From an uncultured Candidatus Saccharibacteria bacterium (lineage in GTDB: Bacteria; Patescibacteriota; Minisyncoccia; Phycocordibacterales; UBA9973), in the NCBI GenBank assembly GCA_964496425.1, contig CAZBZO010000002.1, positions 2,450-66,449 of the forward strand: a stretch of 64,000 nt of DNA, read 5' to 3'. Of this stretch, positions 29,070 through 38,831 are shown piece after piece (positions within the stretch are counted from its first letter, which is position 1; each line of letters begins with the position of its first letter). Under the pieces are notes generated by a model. That model was not told where the DNA came from. It saw only the letters and a program-made list of their open reading frames with translations, and searched no databases. The translations under genes and the position numbers were made by a program.

Positions 29070-30533
29070 TTGGCCTCTTTAGAAGAATTACGCGAAACAC
29101 GACTTGCCAAATTGGCGCTTTTAAAAGAAGCGGGTATGAATCCTTACCCAGCTACAGTTTTGCGAGATGCTTCACTCGCCGACCTACGAGCTTCATTTGA
29201 AGAGCGAGTAGCGAAGGCTGAAAGTATTTCTATCTCAGGCCGCATTATGGCTATCCGCGGCCAAGGCGCTATTCTCTTTGTGGTGCTTGACGACGGTACT
29301 GATACATTTCAAACAGTATTTAAAAAAGATTCTCTCGACGAAAAACTTTTCAGCCTTTTTGTCGACGGTATAGACATCGGAGATTTTATATCAGTTTCAG
29401 GTACATGTTTTACGACTGAGCGGGGAGAGAAAAGCCTGATGGTTTCTACCTGGATGCTTGCTGCTAAGACACTTTTGCCAATGCCTGAAAAATGGCACGG
29501 TATTACCGATCCAGATGAGCGGTTCCGCAAACGTTACCTCGATCTTTTGATGACACCAGCGCTTCGCGATACTTTTCGCAAACGTGCGCTCTTTTGGGAA
29601 GTCATACGCGATATTTTAATACGGGAAGGATTTTTGGAAGTGGAAACGCCGACTTTGGAAGTGACGACTGGCGGTGCAGAAGCACGGCCGTTTAAAACCC
29701 ATCACAATGATTTTGATATGGATGTGTTTTTGCGTATTTCGGTCGGTGAGCTCTGGCAGAAAAAACTTTTAGCCGCCGGCTTTCCGAAAACATTTGAAAT
29801 CGGACGCGTCTATCGCAATGAAGGCAGTAGCCCCGATCATTTGCAAGAATTTACCAACGTGGAATTTTACTGGGCCTATGCCAACTATACGATGGGCATG
29901 GAGCTCATCGAAAAAATGTTTGCCGAAATCACAACACGGGTGTTTGGCACCACGTCGTTTTCAGCACGAGGATACACGTTTGATCTCTCCGGTACATGGC
30001 CGCGGATAGATTATAGAGAAGAAGTTCTGAAACAAACTGGTATTGATATTTTAGCGGCAAGCGAAATAGAAATGAAAGAAAAGCTCACTGAGCTTGGTGT
30101 GGTCTATGAAGGCGACAACAAAGAGCGTCTTACGGACACACTCTGGAAATATTGCCGTAAAAATATTTCGGGCCCAGTATTTTTGATCAATCATCCAAAA
30201 CTTGTTTCACCACTCTCAAAAGCAAGTCCCGAAAATCCACTTCTCACAGAACGCTTTCAAGTCATTATTGCTGGGAGCGAACTCGCCAATGGCTTCTCTG
30301 AGCTCAATGATCCAATCGATCAGCGAGAACGTTTCGATCTTCAGCAGAAGCTGATCGAGCGGGGAGACGAAGAAGCCATGATGCCTGACTATGAATTCGT
30401 GGAAATGCTTGAACACGGTATGCCACCAGCTTGTGGATTTGGTTTTGGCGAGCGACTCTTTTCATTCCTTGTTGATAAACCGATCCGCGAGACGACTTTG
30501 TTCCCACTGATGCGACCCAAAGACAACAACTAA
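29070..30533 (+). CDS. lysS: lysyl-tRNA synthetase, class II
   Basis: OB anticodon-binding N-domain, class II motifs (FRNEG, GFGFGERL); ORF begins with TTG at 29070. Confidence 0.9.
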   Translation: MASLEELRETRLAKLALLKEAGMNPYPATVLRDASLADLRASFEERVAKAESISISGRIMAIRGQGAILFVVLDDGTDTFQTVFKKDSLDEKLFSLFVDGIDIGDFISVSGTCFTTERGEKSLMVSTWMLAAKTLLPMPEKWHGITDPDERFRKRYLDLLMTPALRDTFRKRALFWEVIRDILIREGFLEVETPTLEVTTGGAEARPFKTHHNDFDMDVFLRISVGELWQKKLLAAGFPKTFEIGRVYRNEGSSPDHLQEFTNVEFYWAYANYTMGMELIEKMFAEITTRVFGTTSFSARGYTFDLSGTWPRIDYREEVLKQTGIDILAASEIEMKEKLTELGVVYEGDNKERLTDTLWKYCRKNISGPVFLINHPKLVSPLSKASPENPLLTERFQVIIAGSELANGFSELNDPIDQRERFDLQQKLIERGDEEAMMPDYEFVEMLEHGMPPACGFGFGERLFSFLVDKPIRETTLFPLMRPKDNN

Positions 30534-30644
30534 TATTTAATATAAAAAATAAATTATCAAAAGCTCCAATATTTTTGGAGCTTTTGACGTTTATAAATAA
30601 ACATTTTTTAATACTTAAGCTGTGGATAACTCTACTTTTGCATA

Positions 30645-30690
30645 GTGGCATGAAGTGGCATATACTTACATGTAAGTGGGATAAGGTGGG
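30645..30690 (+). promoter_or_regulatory. candidate MraZ operator: GTGGC-N5-GTGGC and GTGGG-N5-GTGGG direct repeats upstream of mraZ
   Basis: gtggc atgaa gtggc (30645-30659) and gtggg ataag gtggg (30676-30690); MraZ is known to bind GTGG[GN] direct repeats with 5-nt spacers in its own promoter. Confidence 0.5.
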
Positions 30691-30744
30691 ATTTCGAAGA
30701 TTGTGGTTAGTCTTCGAAATCCCATCAGGATCTCCAGAAAAAAT

Positions 30745-31179
30745 ATGCTTATCGGCGAATACACACATACCATCGATGAAAAAAATAGAATGTCTTTGCC
30801 GGTCAAGTTCCGCAAGGAAATGGGCTCAACGGTCGTCTTGGCGCCGGGGCTCGACAAGTGTCTGTTTATGTTCACGGTCAAAGAGTGGGAAAAGATTTCC
30901 GCTAAACTCTCGGAATCTTCCATGCTTCAAGCAGACAACCGTAGCTTCAATCGCTTTATGTTCGGCGGAGCAGTGGAAACAGCAGTTGACGGCAGTGGTC
31001 GAATCTTGATCCCAGACTTTTTGAAGGATCGGGCAGGTCTTTCAAGCAAAGTCGCTGTGATCGGGGTGCAAAACCGTGTTGAGATCTGGAATGATAGTGC
31101 GTGGGGCAATTATAAGAAGGTGGTGGAAGCTGAGGCAGATCAGTTGGCAGAAAAGTTGGGGAGCGTGGGAGTGCTCTAG
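30745..31179 (+). CDS. mraZ: transcriptional regulator MraZ
   Basis: MLIGEYTHTIDEKNRMSLP and second DxxxR repeat (duplicated SpoVT/AbrB-like halves); first gene of dcw block. Confidence 0.85.
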   Translation: MLIGEYTHTIDEKNRMSLPVKFRKEMGSTVVLAPGLDKCLFMFTVKEWEKISAKLSESSMLQADNRSFNRFMFGGAVETAVDGSGRILIPDFLKDRAGLSSKVAVIGVQNRVEIWNDSAWGNYKKVVEAEADQLAEKLGSVGVL

Positions 31180-31276
31180 TAGTTATTAATTACGAATGAC
31201 GAATTACGAATTGAAATATATTAGTGATTCGAGTTTCGCAATTAATTTGCATCAATTAGTAATTATTAATTTGTAA

Positions 31277-32179
31277 TTGTTAATTGCTATGCACATTCCA
31301 GTTCTTTTAGATGAAGTTATAGATGGTCTGGCAATAAAAGCAGACGATATTTTCCTTGATGGCACGCTTGGCTCAGGAGGACATAGTCTTGCAGTATGCA
31401 AAAAATACGGCAAGAATGTGAAGCTCATCGGCGTGGATCTTGATGCTGATGCGCTGGCTCGCTCAGAAGCACTACTGAACACAGCTGGCTGCTCATGTAA
31501 AGCAGTGCACGGCAGCTTTGAAAATATCGAAAATATTCGTATGTCGTCTGGCATCACTACCGCCAACAAGATACTGCTTGATTTGGGGTATAGCTCAGTG
31601 CAAATGGATGATTCGGGTCGAGGCTTCTCCTTTCTCCGTAAAGAAGGACTTAGTATGTCGCTCAAATGGCCGCTCGGCGAGAACGATACCACTGCGTCAG
31701 ATATTGTGAACGATTGGAGTGAGGAGCATATTGCAGACATTATCTACGGCTACGGTGAAGAACGCTTTTCACGCCAGATTGCAGCGGCGATCGTCAAAGC
31801 TCGAGCAGAGGCACCGATTCTCGACACTCATCAGCTTGCAGCATTGATTGAAGGTGCAATACCGAAACGTTTCCAGTCACGAAGGATTCATCCAGCCACC
31901 AAGACATTTCAGGCACTGCGCATTGCAGTGAACGATGAGCTCGGTACGCTTGCTCGCGGTATGGCCAATCTGTTTGACTTCTTAGCCCCCTCTGGCCGAC
32001 TTGCAATCATCAGTTTTCATAGCTTGGAAGATCGTATAGTAAAAAATTATTTTAAACAAAAAAAAGAAAGTGGGGAGGGAAGCATTATCACTAAAAAACC
32101 AATCATTGCGAGTATCGCAGAAAAGAAAGCCAATCCCAGGTCTCGCAGTGCAAAATTAAGAATTATAGAAAAAAAATAA
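31277..32179 (+). CDS. rsmH: 16S rRNA (cytosine1402-N4)-methyltransferase RsmH (MraW)
   Basis: HIPVLLDEV, DGTLGSGGHS SAM-binding motif; follows mraZ. Confidence 0.9.
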   Translation: MLIAMHIPVLLDEVIDGLAIKADDIFLDGTLGSGGHSLAVCKKYGKNVKLIGVDLDADALARSEALLNTAGCSCKAVHGSFENIENIRMSSGITTANKILLDLGYSSVQMDDSGRGFSFLRKEGLSMSLKWPLGENDTTASDIVNDWSEEHIADIIYGYGEERFSRQIAAAIVKARAEAPILDTHQLAALIEGAIPKRFQSRRIHPATKTFQALRIAVNDELGTLARGMANLFDFLAPSGRLAIISFHSLEDRIVKNYFKQKKESGEGSIITKKPIIASIAEKKANPRSRSAKLRIIEKK

Positions 32180-32180
32180 T

Positions 32181-32516
32181 ATGTCCCATTCTTCACTCCC
32201 ATTTACTACAGTCCCAACATTCTCACACCGTGCCTTCCACGCTCTCTTTGGCATTGTTGGAGCACTCGTGTGTGCGTACGTCCTTTTTTTGGGTCTTACC
32301 GTTTTCAATATCATTCATATTAAAAGTGCTGAGCTCTCTATCAAATCCATAAGCTCTGAAATCGGCACTCTCGAGCAAGAATATTTTTCAAAAGCAAATA
32401 GTATTGACCTTACCTTCGCAAAAGCGCGTGGCTTCACAGAAGCGACCGACGCGCAGTACGCTTCTCGTGATAACCATGTTGCCTTCGGGACTCACTTGAA
32501 TCCTCATGAACTCTAA
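32181..32516 (+). CDS. FtsL-like small bitopic cell-division protein
   Basis: 111 aa, single TM then short coiled region; canonical position between rsmH and ftsI. Confidence 0.5.
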   Translation: MSHSSLPFTTVPTFSHRAFHALFGIVGALVCAYVLFLGLTVFNIIHIKSAELSIKSISSEIGTLEQEYFSKANSIDLTFAKARGFTEATDAQYASRDNHVAFGTHLNPHEL

Positions 32517-34215
32517 GTCGTTTCATGTACGCATAAAAATCGTCGGTGGTGTTATTGTTCTCTTTTCTTTTGTTCTTATCGCAAAACTATTTTTTATACA
32601 AGTCGTCCATGGAGCTGATTATCGTGATCGCGCTGATCATCAATACAGCACCCCAGCGTCGGATATATTCGAACGTGGCTCAATATTTGCCACGAGCAAA
32701 GACGGTGCTCCAGTCACTCTCGCGGGCGTCACGACGGGTTTTAAGATCGCTGTGGTGCCACGAGAGATCACAGACCCTGATACTACCTACGCCGCGCTTA
32801 CCGCGATTGTTCCCATTGATCGGAATTCGTACGATACCCATATGGACCGTACGAACGATCCCTATGAGGAAGTTGCGACGCATCTAACGAAACGACAGGC
32901 GGATTTGGTGTCCGCACTCGATATTCCCGGTGTTTCTATCTACAAAGATAAATGGCGTTTTTATCCCGGCGGGAGTCTTGCAGCACGAACACTCGGCTTT
33001 CTTGGATTTAGTGGCGAAAACTTTGGTGGCCGTTATGGACTTGAACGGACCTACGAAAATGTTTTAGGGGCATCAGGCAACAACCCTTCGGTCAATTTTT
33101 TCGCACGTGTTTTTTCAAATATCACGAGCACCTTTGAAGATGAAAAAGGCATGGGAGATCTTGTGACGACGATAGAGCCTTCGGTGCAAGCCTATCTCGA
33201 TGATGCCCTTTCTGACGCAGTGGAGAAATGGGGCGCAGAGAGCGCGGGCGGGATCATTATTGATCCCATGACCGGCGCGATTTATGCCATGTCAACGGTG
33301 CCGACTTTCGATCTTAATAATTTTTCGAAAGTGAAAAATCCACTGACATTTGCAAATCCGTTGGTGGAAAATGTCTATGAGTTGGGCTCTGTGGTAAAGC
33401 CCCTCACGCTCGCAGCGGGACTGGATGCGGGAGTTATTACACCTTCCACCACCTATGAAGACAAAGGCTTTTTAGTGATCAACACAGAACGGATCAACAA
33501 CTTCGACAAGAAAGGCCGTGGTGTCATACCAATGCAAGAAATTCTCAATCAGTCCTTAAATACCGGTGCCGCCTTTGTCATGGAAAAACTCGGTCGTAAT
33601 CGTTTCCGAGAATATATGCTTGAGTATGGTTTGGGAGAAAAAACTTTAATCGATATGCCTGGAGAAGTAAAAAGTCTCGTCAACAATCTTCAAAGTCCTC
33701 GCGACATCGAATACGCTACTGCGTCGTTTGGTCAGGGTATTGCGCTTACACCAGTCGCTGCAGTGCGAGCATTTTCTACGCTTGCCAATGGCGGATACCT
33801 CATAACACCTCATCTTGGCAAATCTATCACCTATGCGGACGATAGTGTGGAAACGCTTGAATTTCCTGTTGACAAAGAAGCAGTACTCAAAAAAGAAACA
33901 TCACTTGCTATCACCCGCATGCTCGTAGAGGCCTTTGATACCGGACTTTTGGACGGCAAGTTTAAATTTGAGCATTACAGTGTAGCTGCTAAAACAGGTA
34001 CAGCTCAGATTGTGAATCCGAGCGGGGAGTATTATACTGATCAGTACCTCCACAGTATGTTTGGTTATTATCCGGCCTACAATCCACGTTTTTTGACCTT
34101 TATGTATCTCTACAATCCCAAAGGTGTTGATTTTGCTTCAAATACGTTGGCCTATACCTTTTCTGATATCGCAAAGTTTTTATTCAATTATTATTCCGTG
34201 CCGCCTGATCGATAA
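32506..34215 (+). CDS. ftsI: FtsI-like penicillin-binding protein (septal D,D-transpeptidase)
   Basis: N-terminal TM, SVVKP (SxxK), SxN and KTGTAQ motifs; dcw position. Confidence 0.85.
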   Translation: MNSKSFHVRIKIVGGVIVLFSFVLIAKLFFIQVVHGADYRDRADHQYSTPASDIFERGSIFATSKDGAPVTLAGVTTGFKIAVVPREITDPDTTYAALTAIVPIDRNSYDTHMDRTNDPYEEVATHLTKRQADLVSALDIPGVSIYKDKWRFYPGGSLAARTLGFLGFSGENFGGRYGLERTYENVLGASGNNPSVNFFARVFSNITSTFEDEKGMGDLVTTIEPSVQAYLDDALSDAVEKWGAESAGGIIIDPMTGAIYAMSTVPTFDLNNFSKVKNPLTFANPLVENVYELGSVVKPLTLAAGLDAGVITPSTTYEDKGFLVINTERINNFDKKGRGVIPMQEILNQSLNTGAAFVMEKLGRNRFREYMLEYGLGEKTLIDMPGEVKSLVNNLQSPRDIEYATASFGQGIALTPVAAVRAFSTLANGGYLITPHLGKSITYADDSVETLEFPVDKEAVLKKETSLAITRMLVEAFDTGLLDGKFKFEHYSVAAKTGTAQIVNPSGEYYTDQYLHSMFGYYPAYNPRFLTFMYLYNPKGVDFASNTLAYTFSDIAKFLFNYYSVPPDR

Positions 34216-34241
34216 GACATGTACTGAGGTGAAAATATCTC

Positions 34242-35552
34242 ATGAAAAAAATTCTCAAAAAAATTATTGTTTTTGTTCTCACGACGCTTGCGATATTGGT
34301 TCTTAAGAAATACGGGCCAAAAATAATAGCAGTCACGGGCAGCGTGGGAAAGACTTCTACAAAAGACGCAATTTTTACCGTACTTTCGACGTTTTATTCT
34401 GTACGCAAAAGTGAAAAAAGCTACAACAGTGAGACAGGGGTGCCACTTTCTATTTTAGGCGCACCATCTGGATGGAATAATATCAGTGTGTGGATGAACG
34501 ATATTATTGTCGGCCTTGACCTCTTACTTTTTAAGCATGAATATCCGACCTGGTTGGTGCTTGAAGTCGGCGCAGATCGTCCAGGTGATATTGAACATAT
34601 TGCACGGTGGCTTAAGCCTGACATTACCGTTGTGACGCGATTTCCCGACTTGCCTGCACACATAGAATTTTTCTCTTCGACCGAGGAAATCATAAAAGAA
34701 AAATCATTTTTGGCTCATGCGACCAAAGAAGCGGGTTTTATTATTCTCAATCGCGACGATGAAAAAGTATACGCACTTCACGACAGTGTGCCACGTGCCC
34801 ATTTCTCGTATGGATTTTCCGATAGCGCAACCTTGGTCGCATCGAACGACGCGCTGTGGTACGAGTCTGAAAACGAAGAAAATCACGGCGCACTTCTCGG
34901 GCTCATTTACACACTCTCTTTTGACGGTAAAACCATGCCTGTGCGGCTTCCTGGCGTGGTAGGACGCGCATATGTCTACATCACCCTCGCAGCTCTCTCT
35001 GTAGCCTATGCTTTGAAGCTTAATATGGTAGAAGCCGTAGAATCTCTGGCTTCGTACAATACGCCTCCAGGCCGCCTCCATTTGCTCCCTGGCATCCGCG
35101 GAAGCATTTTGATCGACGATACCTACAATTCCTCGCCCGCAGCTTGTGAAGCAGGTCTACAAACCTTGGCAAGCATTAAGACCGATAAGCGTAAATTTGC
35201 TGTGCTCGGAGATATGCTCGAGCTCGGACGATTTACCGATGAAGCGCATTTAGAAATAGGAAAATTGGCAAAGCGTAGCGCTGATGTGCTGATTACCGTA
35301 GGATTGCGTGCTAAGCATATTCGAGATGGCGCTCTTGTAGCGCGTATGCCAAAGAAAAATATTCAAGAATTTGTAGACGCCAAAAGCGCGGGAGAATTTC
35401 TGAAAAATGAAGTGCAAGAAGGGGACTTTGTGTTTGTGAAAGGCTCGCAAGGTGTACGCATGGAACGCACAGTAGAGGCAATCATGGCTCATCCGGAAGA
35501 TAAAGAAAAGCTCTTGGTGCGCCAGGAGCCAGAATGGCTCAGTCGACAATAG
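34242..35552 (+). CDS. Mur ligase family protein (MurF-like)
   Basis: P-loop AVTGSVGKTSTKD typical of Mur ligases; C-terminal domain; dcw position after ftsI; 436 aa. Confidence 0.65.
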   Translation: MKKILKKIIVFVLTTLAILVLKKYGPKIIAVTGSVGKTSTKDAIFTVLSTFYSVRKSEKSYNSETGVPLSILGAPSGWNNISVWMNDIIVGLDLLLFKHEYPTWLVLEVGADRPGDIEHIARWLKPDITVVTRFPDLPAHIEFFSSTEEIIKEKSFLAHATKEAGFIILNRDDEKVYALHDSVPRAHFSYGFSDSATLVASNDALWYESENEENHGALLGLIYTLSFDGKTMPVRLPGVVGRAYVYITLAALSVAYALKLNMVEAVESLASYNTPPGRLHLLPGIRGSILIDDTYNSSPAACEAGLQTLASIKTDKRKFAVLGDMLELGRFTDEAHLEIGKLAKRSADVLITVGLRAKHIRDGALVARMPKKNIQEFVDAKSAGEFLKNEVQEGDFVFVKGSQGVRMERTVEAIMAHPEDKEKLLVRQEPEWLSRQ

Positions 35553-35602
35553 AAAAGACATTTAGTAAATTAGCTAATCCATCTAGATTAGCATCCTGAA
35601 AA

Positions 35603-36361
35603 CTAGTCCGTGTATTCTCCGAACGGATAGAAAAAGCTTTCAGCGTTTTTGATACGACCTTTGAAAAGTAGATGCAACATTTCTCCATCCTTAAACATCC
35701 ACGAATAGCCATATTTGATGAGTCGGCGAGCTGATATGGGCCACTTGACCCTAATCTGATGATATGGCCCATATTTGGATGCACGCATAGAATAGTCTAC
35801 ATCCTCTCCAAGAAGTATATTGGTATCAAAACCACCTAATGCATGAAATACTTCTCGTGTCGTAGTCAATCCTGCGCCGCCAAAATATGGCCGTTTCAGC
35901 GCTAGAAGCAAACGCTGCACATACACCAACACTTTATGTATGAGAGCGATTCTGATTCCTGGTTCAATTGGCACTAATATTGGGCTCGCTACAACACTTT
36001 TTTTGTGAATAAAGTGAGAAATATAACAAACAAACGCCTCATGTGAGGGGGCGACCATGTCTGCATCACAAAACATAAATAATGAATGACGCGCTACCTC
36101 TGCTCCCAGATTACGCTGTAGAGAGATTCCTCGCTTTGAGGCCTGGATAAGGCGCAGAGAAGAATCACCGGAGAAATGAATTTGATGCTCTTGTACGATC
36201 CGAACAGTGCCATCGGTGGAATTGCCATCGACAACGATTATATCGAGAGGAGAGTTAATATTTCGCAGTGAACATAAAAGCACTGGCAAGTATTTTTCTT
36301 CGTTCAGAGTTGGAATAATAATAGAAACAGATGGAATTGCTTGGATCGGAATACGAGACAT
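35603..36361 (-). CDS. glycosyltransferase family 2
   Basis: IIIPTLNEEKYLP...VVDGNSTDGT and DAD (DxD) motifs of GT-A fold. Confidence 0.75.
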   Translation of the reverse strand: MSRIPIQAIPSVSIIIPTLNEEKYLPVLLCSLRNINSPLDIIVVDGNSTDGTVRIVQEHQIHFSGDSSLRLIQASKRGISLQRNLGAEVARHSLFMFCDADMVAPSHEAFVCYISHFIHKKSVVASPILVPIEPGIRIALIHKVLVYVQRLLLALKRPYFGGAGLTTTREVFHALGGFDTNILLGEDVDYSMRASKYGPYHQIRVKWPISARRLIKYGYSWMFKDGEMLHLLFKGRIKNAESFFYPFGEYTD

Positions 36362-36465
36362 GAATCAAGTCTACACCCTTACTGGAGTTTGTCATATTTT
36401 AAAACTTCAAACAAAACTTTCATAAATTTTATGAAGGATATAATATTTCTTTAATAAAATGGAAC

Positions 36466-36497
36466 TTTTAAGCCCTGTGATATGTCGGGCTTGTTTT
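36466..36497 (+). terminator. orphan rho-independent terminator-like hairpin (aagccc-N11-gggctt + TTTTTT)
   Basis: hairpin plus T-run on + strand with no annotated upstream + strand gene; lies in AT-rich region upstream of tRNA-Glu. Confidence 0.35.
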
Positions 36498-36603
36498 TTG
36501 GAAAGAGGTAAAACTCTTTATTTTTGGTATAAAAAATGCTATTGTCTTGGTGGTTTCAGGCTTGGCAAATAGTAATTCTTCATTGGTAATTAGTATTTAT
36601 ATT

Positions 36604-36675
36604 GGCCCTATCGTCTAACGGTTAGGACGAGTCCTTCTCAAGGATTAAATCAGAGTTCGATTCTCTGTAGGGTCA
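36604..36675 (+). tRNA. tRNA-Glu (anticodon CTC)
   Basis: Cloverleaf: acceptor ggcccta/tagggtc (one GU), anticodon loop ttCTCaa, T-arm cagag-ttcgatt-ctctg. Confidence 0.75.
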
Positions 36676-36867
36676 CAAAACGTAGAAAGCAGACAAACTG
36701 CTTTGTCTGCGAGCGTTTTGTGAAGCCACAGTCATGCTGCTTGCAGTAGACGAGGCGGGGTCGGCAAGTACTTAGTCCGCGCAATCACTTGTGATGAGCA
36801 GACTTAGTAACTTGTGATCACATAAAATTTTTATGCAAAGCATATCAATTAACTAACAATTCTAAAA

Positions 36868-37404
36868 ATGAAAATCTATATCATTCGGCACGGACAGACA
36901 GAGCTCAATGTAAAAGGCCTTATCAACGGCCATATCGATGACTGCCTTACTCAAGAAGGTGAAGAAGCAGCGCGAAGCGCAGCCCTAATCTTGCCAGATA
37001 CCATAAAACACATTTACTCTTCACCTCTTCTTCGCGCCAAGCAGACTGCGGAAATAATAAATGAAAGACTCAAAGTTTTACTGACTTTTCACGATGAACT
37101 CAAAGAAGCGAACTTTGGCGACCTCAACGGCACACCGTTTCTTGACGAGTATAAAAAAAGACATGCCGCGCAGGATTATGATTGGCGACCCTCGGGTGAG
37201 TGTTTTGAAGACGTAAAAAAGAGAGTACTCGATATCCTCAGTATCATTGTGGCCAAAAATGGAGATGGGGAAGTGCTGATCGTCGCACATGGTGGTATTA
37301 TCAGGCTTCTTCACCTTCTTGAGTACGGCGAAGTTATGGGTGACATCGGCAATGTTGCTCTGTATGACTTTGATTTGGATGCAATACTACTGAAGCATAA
37401 ATAA
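36868..37404 (+). CDS. histidine phosphatase family protein (phosphoglycerate mutase-like)
   Basis: RHGQTELN catalytic motif at N-terminus, 178 aa. Confidence 0.75.
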   Translation: MKIYIIRHGQTELNVKGLINGHIDDCLTQEGEEAARSAALILPDTIKHIYSSPLLRAKQTAEIINERLKVLLTFHDELKEANFGDLNGTPFLDEYKKRHAAQDYDWRPSGECFEDVKKRVLDILSIIVAKNGDGEVLIVAHGGIIRLLHLLEYGEVMGDIGNVALYDFDLDAILLKHK

Positions 37405-37411
37405 ATATTTC

Positions 37412-37999
37412 ATGACTTTAAAAATTATCATTAGCATAATCGCCATTATCCTCACGTTTATTGGATACGGTGTATATATCCGAGATATTTTGAAAGGTAA
37501 AATAAAGCCGCATACATTTACGTTTTTAATTTGGGGTGTAGCAAGTACGATTACTTGGGCGCTTCAAGTATATGGGGGAGCTGGAGTTGGAGCATGGATT
37601 ACATTTGTCGTATCGGCGATTTGTATTTTTATATTCTTCCTTTGTTTGAAATATGGTGAAAAGCGTATAACTTCTCTCGATGTTCTCTTTTTCTTCCTCT
37701 CTTTATTCGCACTTTTTTTGTGGCTGGTCGTAAAGCAACCAGTCTGGTCTATTATTTTGCTTGTAGCAAGTGATTTGCTGGGCTTTGCTCCAACAATCCG
37801 TAAGTCATGGAACAAACCTCACGAAGAAGGCCTTTTTACTTGGGAGCTGACTGCATTCCGTCATGCGCTCGGTATCATCGCTCTCGAAAAATTTAATATT
37901 CTCACCCTTCTCTATCCTGTGGCGTGGACAATAGCTAATCTGCTTTTTAGTATATTTATCATTGTGCGAAGAAAACAAATGGGTAAAGATCAAAAATAG
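37412..37999 (+). CDS. hypothetical multi-pass membrane protein
   Basis: 195 aa, ~6 hydrophobic helices. Confidence 0.4.
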   Translation: MTLKIIISIIAIILTFIGYGVYIRDILKGKIKPHTFTFLIWGVASTITWALQVYGGAGVGAWITFVVSAICIFIFFLCLKYGEKRITSLDVLFFFLSLFALFLWLVVKQPVWSIILLVASDLLGFAPTIRKSWNKPHEEGLFTWELTAFRHALGIIALEKFNILTLLYPVAWTIANLLFSIFIIVRRKQMGKDQK

Positions 38000-38023
38000 T
38001 AGCATTTTTGCCTCATACGCAAT

Positions 38024-38458
38024 ATGGTATTATGTCCCCATATGGAACTGGAAGAAAAAGTCGGGGAGGATGGCAAGCATGTTAGTCCGCATTTGCCCGA
38101 GGGGATGAAAAACTATCTGATCGACATTGACGGCACGATATGCGAGGACATTCCCAACGAAGAACCTGCGCGTATGCTCACTGCAGAAGAGTTTCCAGAA
38201 GCGCGTGAAATCATCAATGGCTGGTACGACGAGGGGCACATCATCACTTTTTTTACGTCTCGCACCGAAGCTCACCGAGCATATACCGAAGCGTGGCTCG
38301 CTGATCATGGCTTCAAGTATCACCACATCCTTTTTGGCAAACCCCGCGGTGGCAATTATCACTGGATCGATAATCATACCGTGAGAGCGACACGCTATAT
38401 CGGTAAATTTACGGAGTTTGTGAAAGCGCAGAAGGAAATTTTAGTCTTCGAAGAGTAG
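38024..38458 (+). CDS. small HAD-superfamily phosphatase
   Basis: LIDIDGTI (DxDGT motif I), downstream TSR and K/D motifs; ~140 aa. Confidence 0.55.
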   Translation: MVLCPHMELEEKVGEDGKHVSPHLPEGMKNYLIDIDGTICEDIPNEEPARMLTAEEFPEAREIINGWYDEGHIITFFTSRTEAHRAYTEAWLADHGFKYHHILFGKPRGGNYHWIDNHTVRATRYIGKFTEFVKAQKEILVFEE

Positions 38459-38483
38459 GGTTGACCCGGTAGTGAGACTTCGT
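38459..38483. repeat. left arm of imperfect 25-bp inverted repeat flanking GIY-YIG gene
   Basis: gttgacccggtagtgagacttcgtc vs reverse complement of 38757-38781 (19/25 identical, identical cores acccggtagt and cttcgtc). Confidence 0.6.
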
Positions 38484-38489
38484 CTTGTT

Positions 38490-38756
38490 ATGTTCTATAC
38501 CTATTGTTTGCAAAGTAAAAAAGATGGTGAAGAGTTATATTTTGGGTATACCCGCGATCTAAAAGCTCGGGTTCTTGAACATAACTCTGGGCAGAACACT
38601 TCTACAAAAAGATATATGCCCTGGAGAATTATTTATTACGAAGCTTGCTTACTCGAAAGCGACGCACGTAGACGAGAAAAATATCTTAAAACAAGTATGG
38701 GCAGAAGGATGTTCAAAAGGAGGCTAAAAGATTATTTTAAAAAAGTTCTGCCCTAG
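38490..38756 (+). CDS. GIY-YIG nuclease-domain protein (YhbQ/UPF0213-like)
   Basis: FYTYCLQSKKDGELYFGYTRDLKARVLEHNSG matches GIY-(10)-YIG core with conserved R and E/N. Confidence 0.7.
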   Translation: MFYTYCLQSKKDGEELYFGYTRDLKARVLEHNSGQNTSTKRYMPWRIIYYEACLLESDARRREKYLKTSMGRRMFKRRLKDYFKKVLP

Positions 38757-38781
38757 ACGAAGCTCTACTACCGGGTTGACG
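38757..38781. repeat. right arm of imperfect 25-bp inverted repeat flanking GIY-YIG gene
   Basis: gacgaagctctactaccgggttgac; see left arm. Confidence 0.6.
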
Positions 38782-38831
38782 CGTGTGATATAATTACATT
38801 GTAAGAGAATTAATAATTTAGGAGTTACAAA

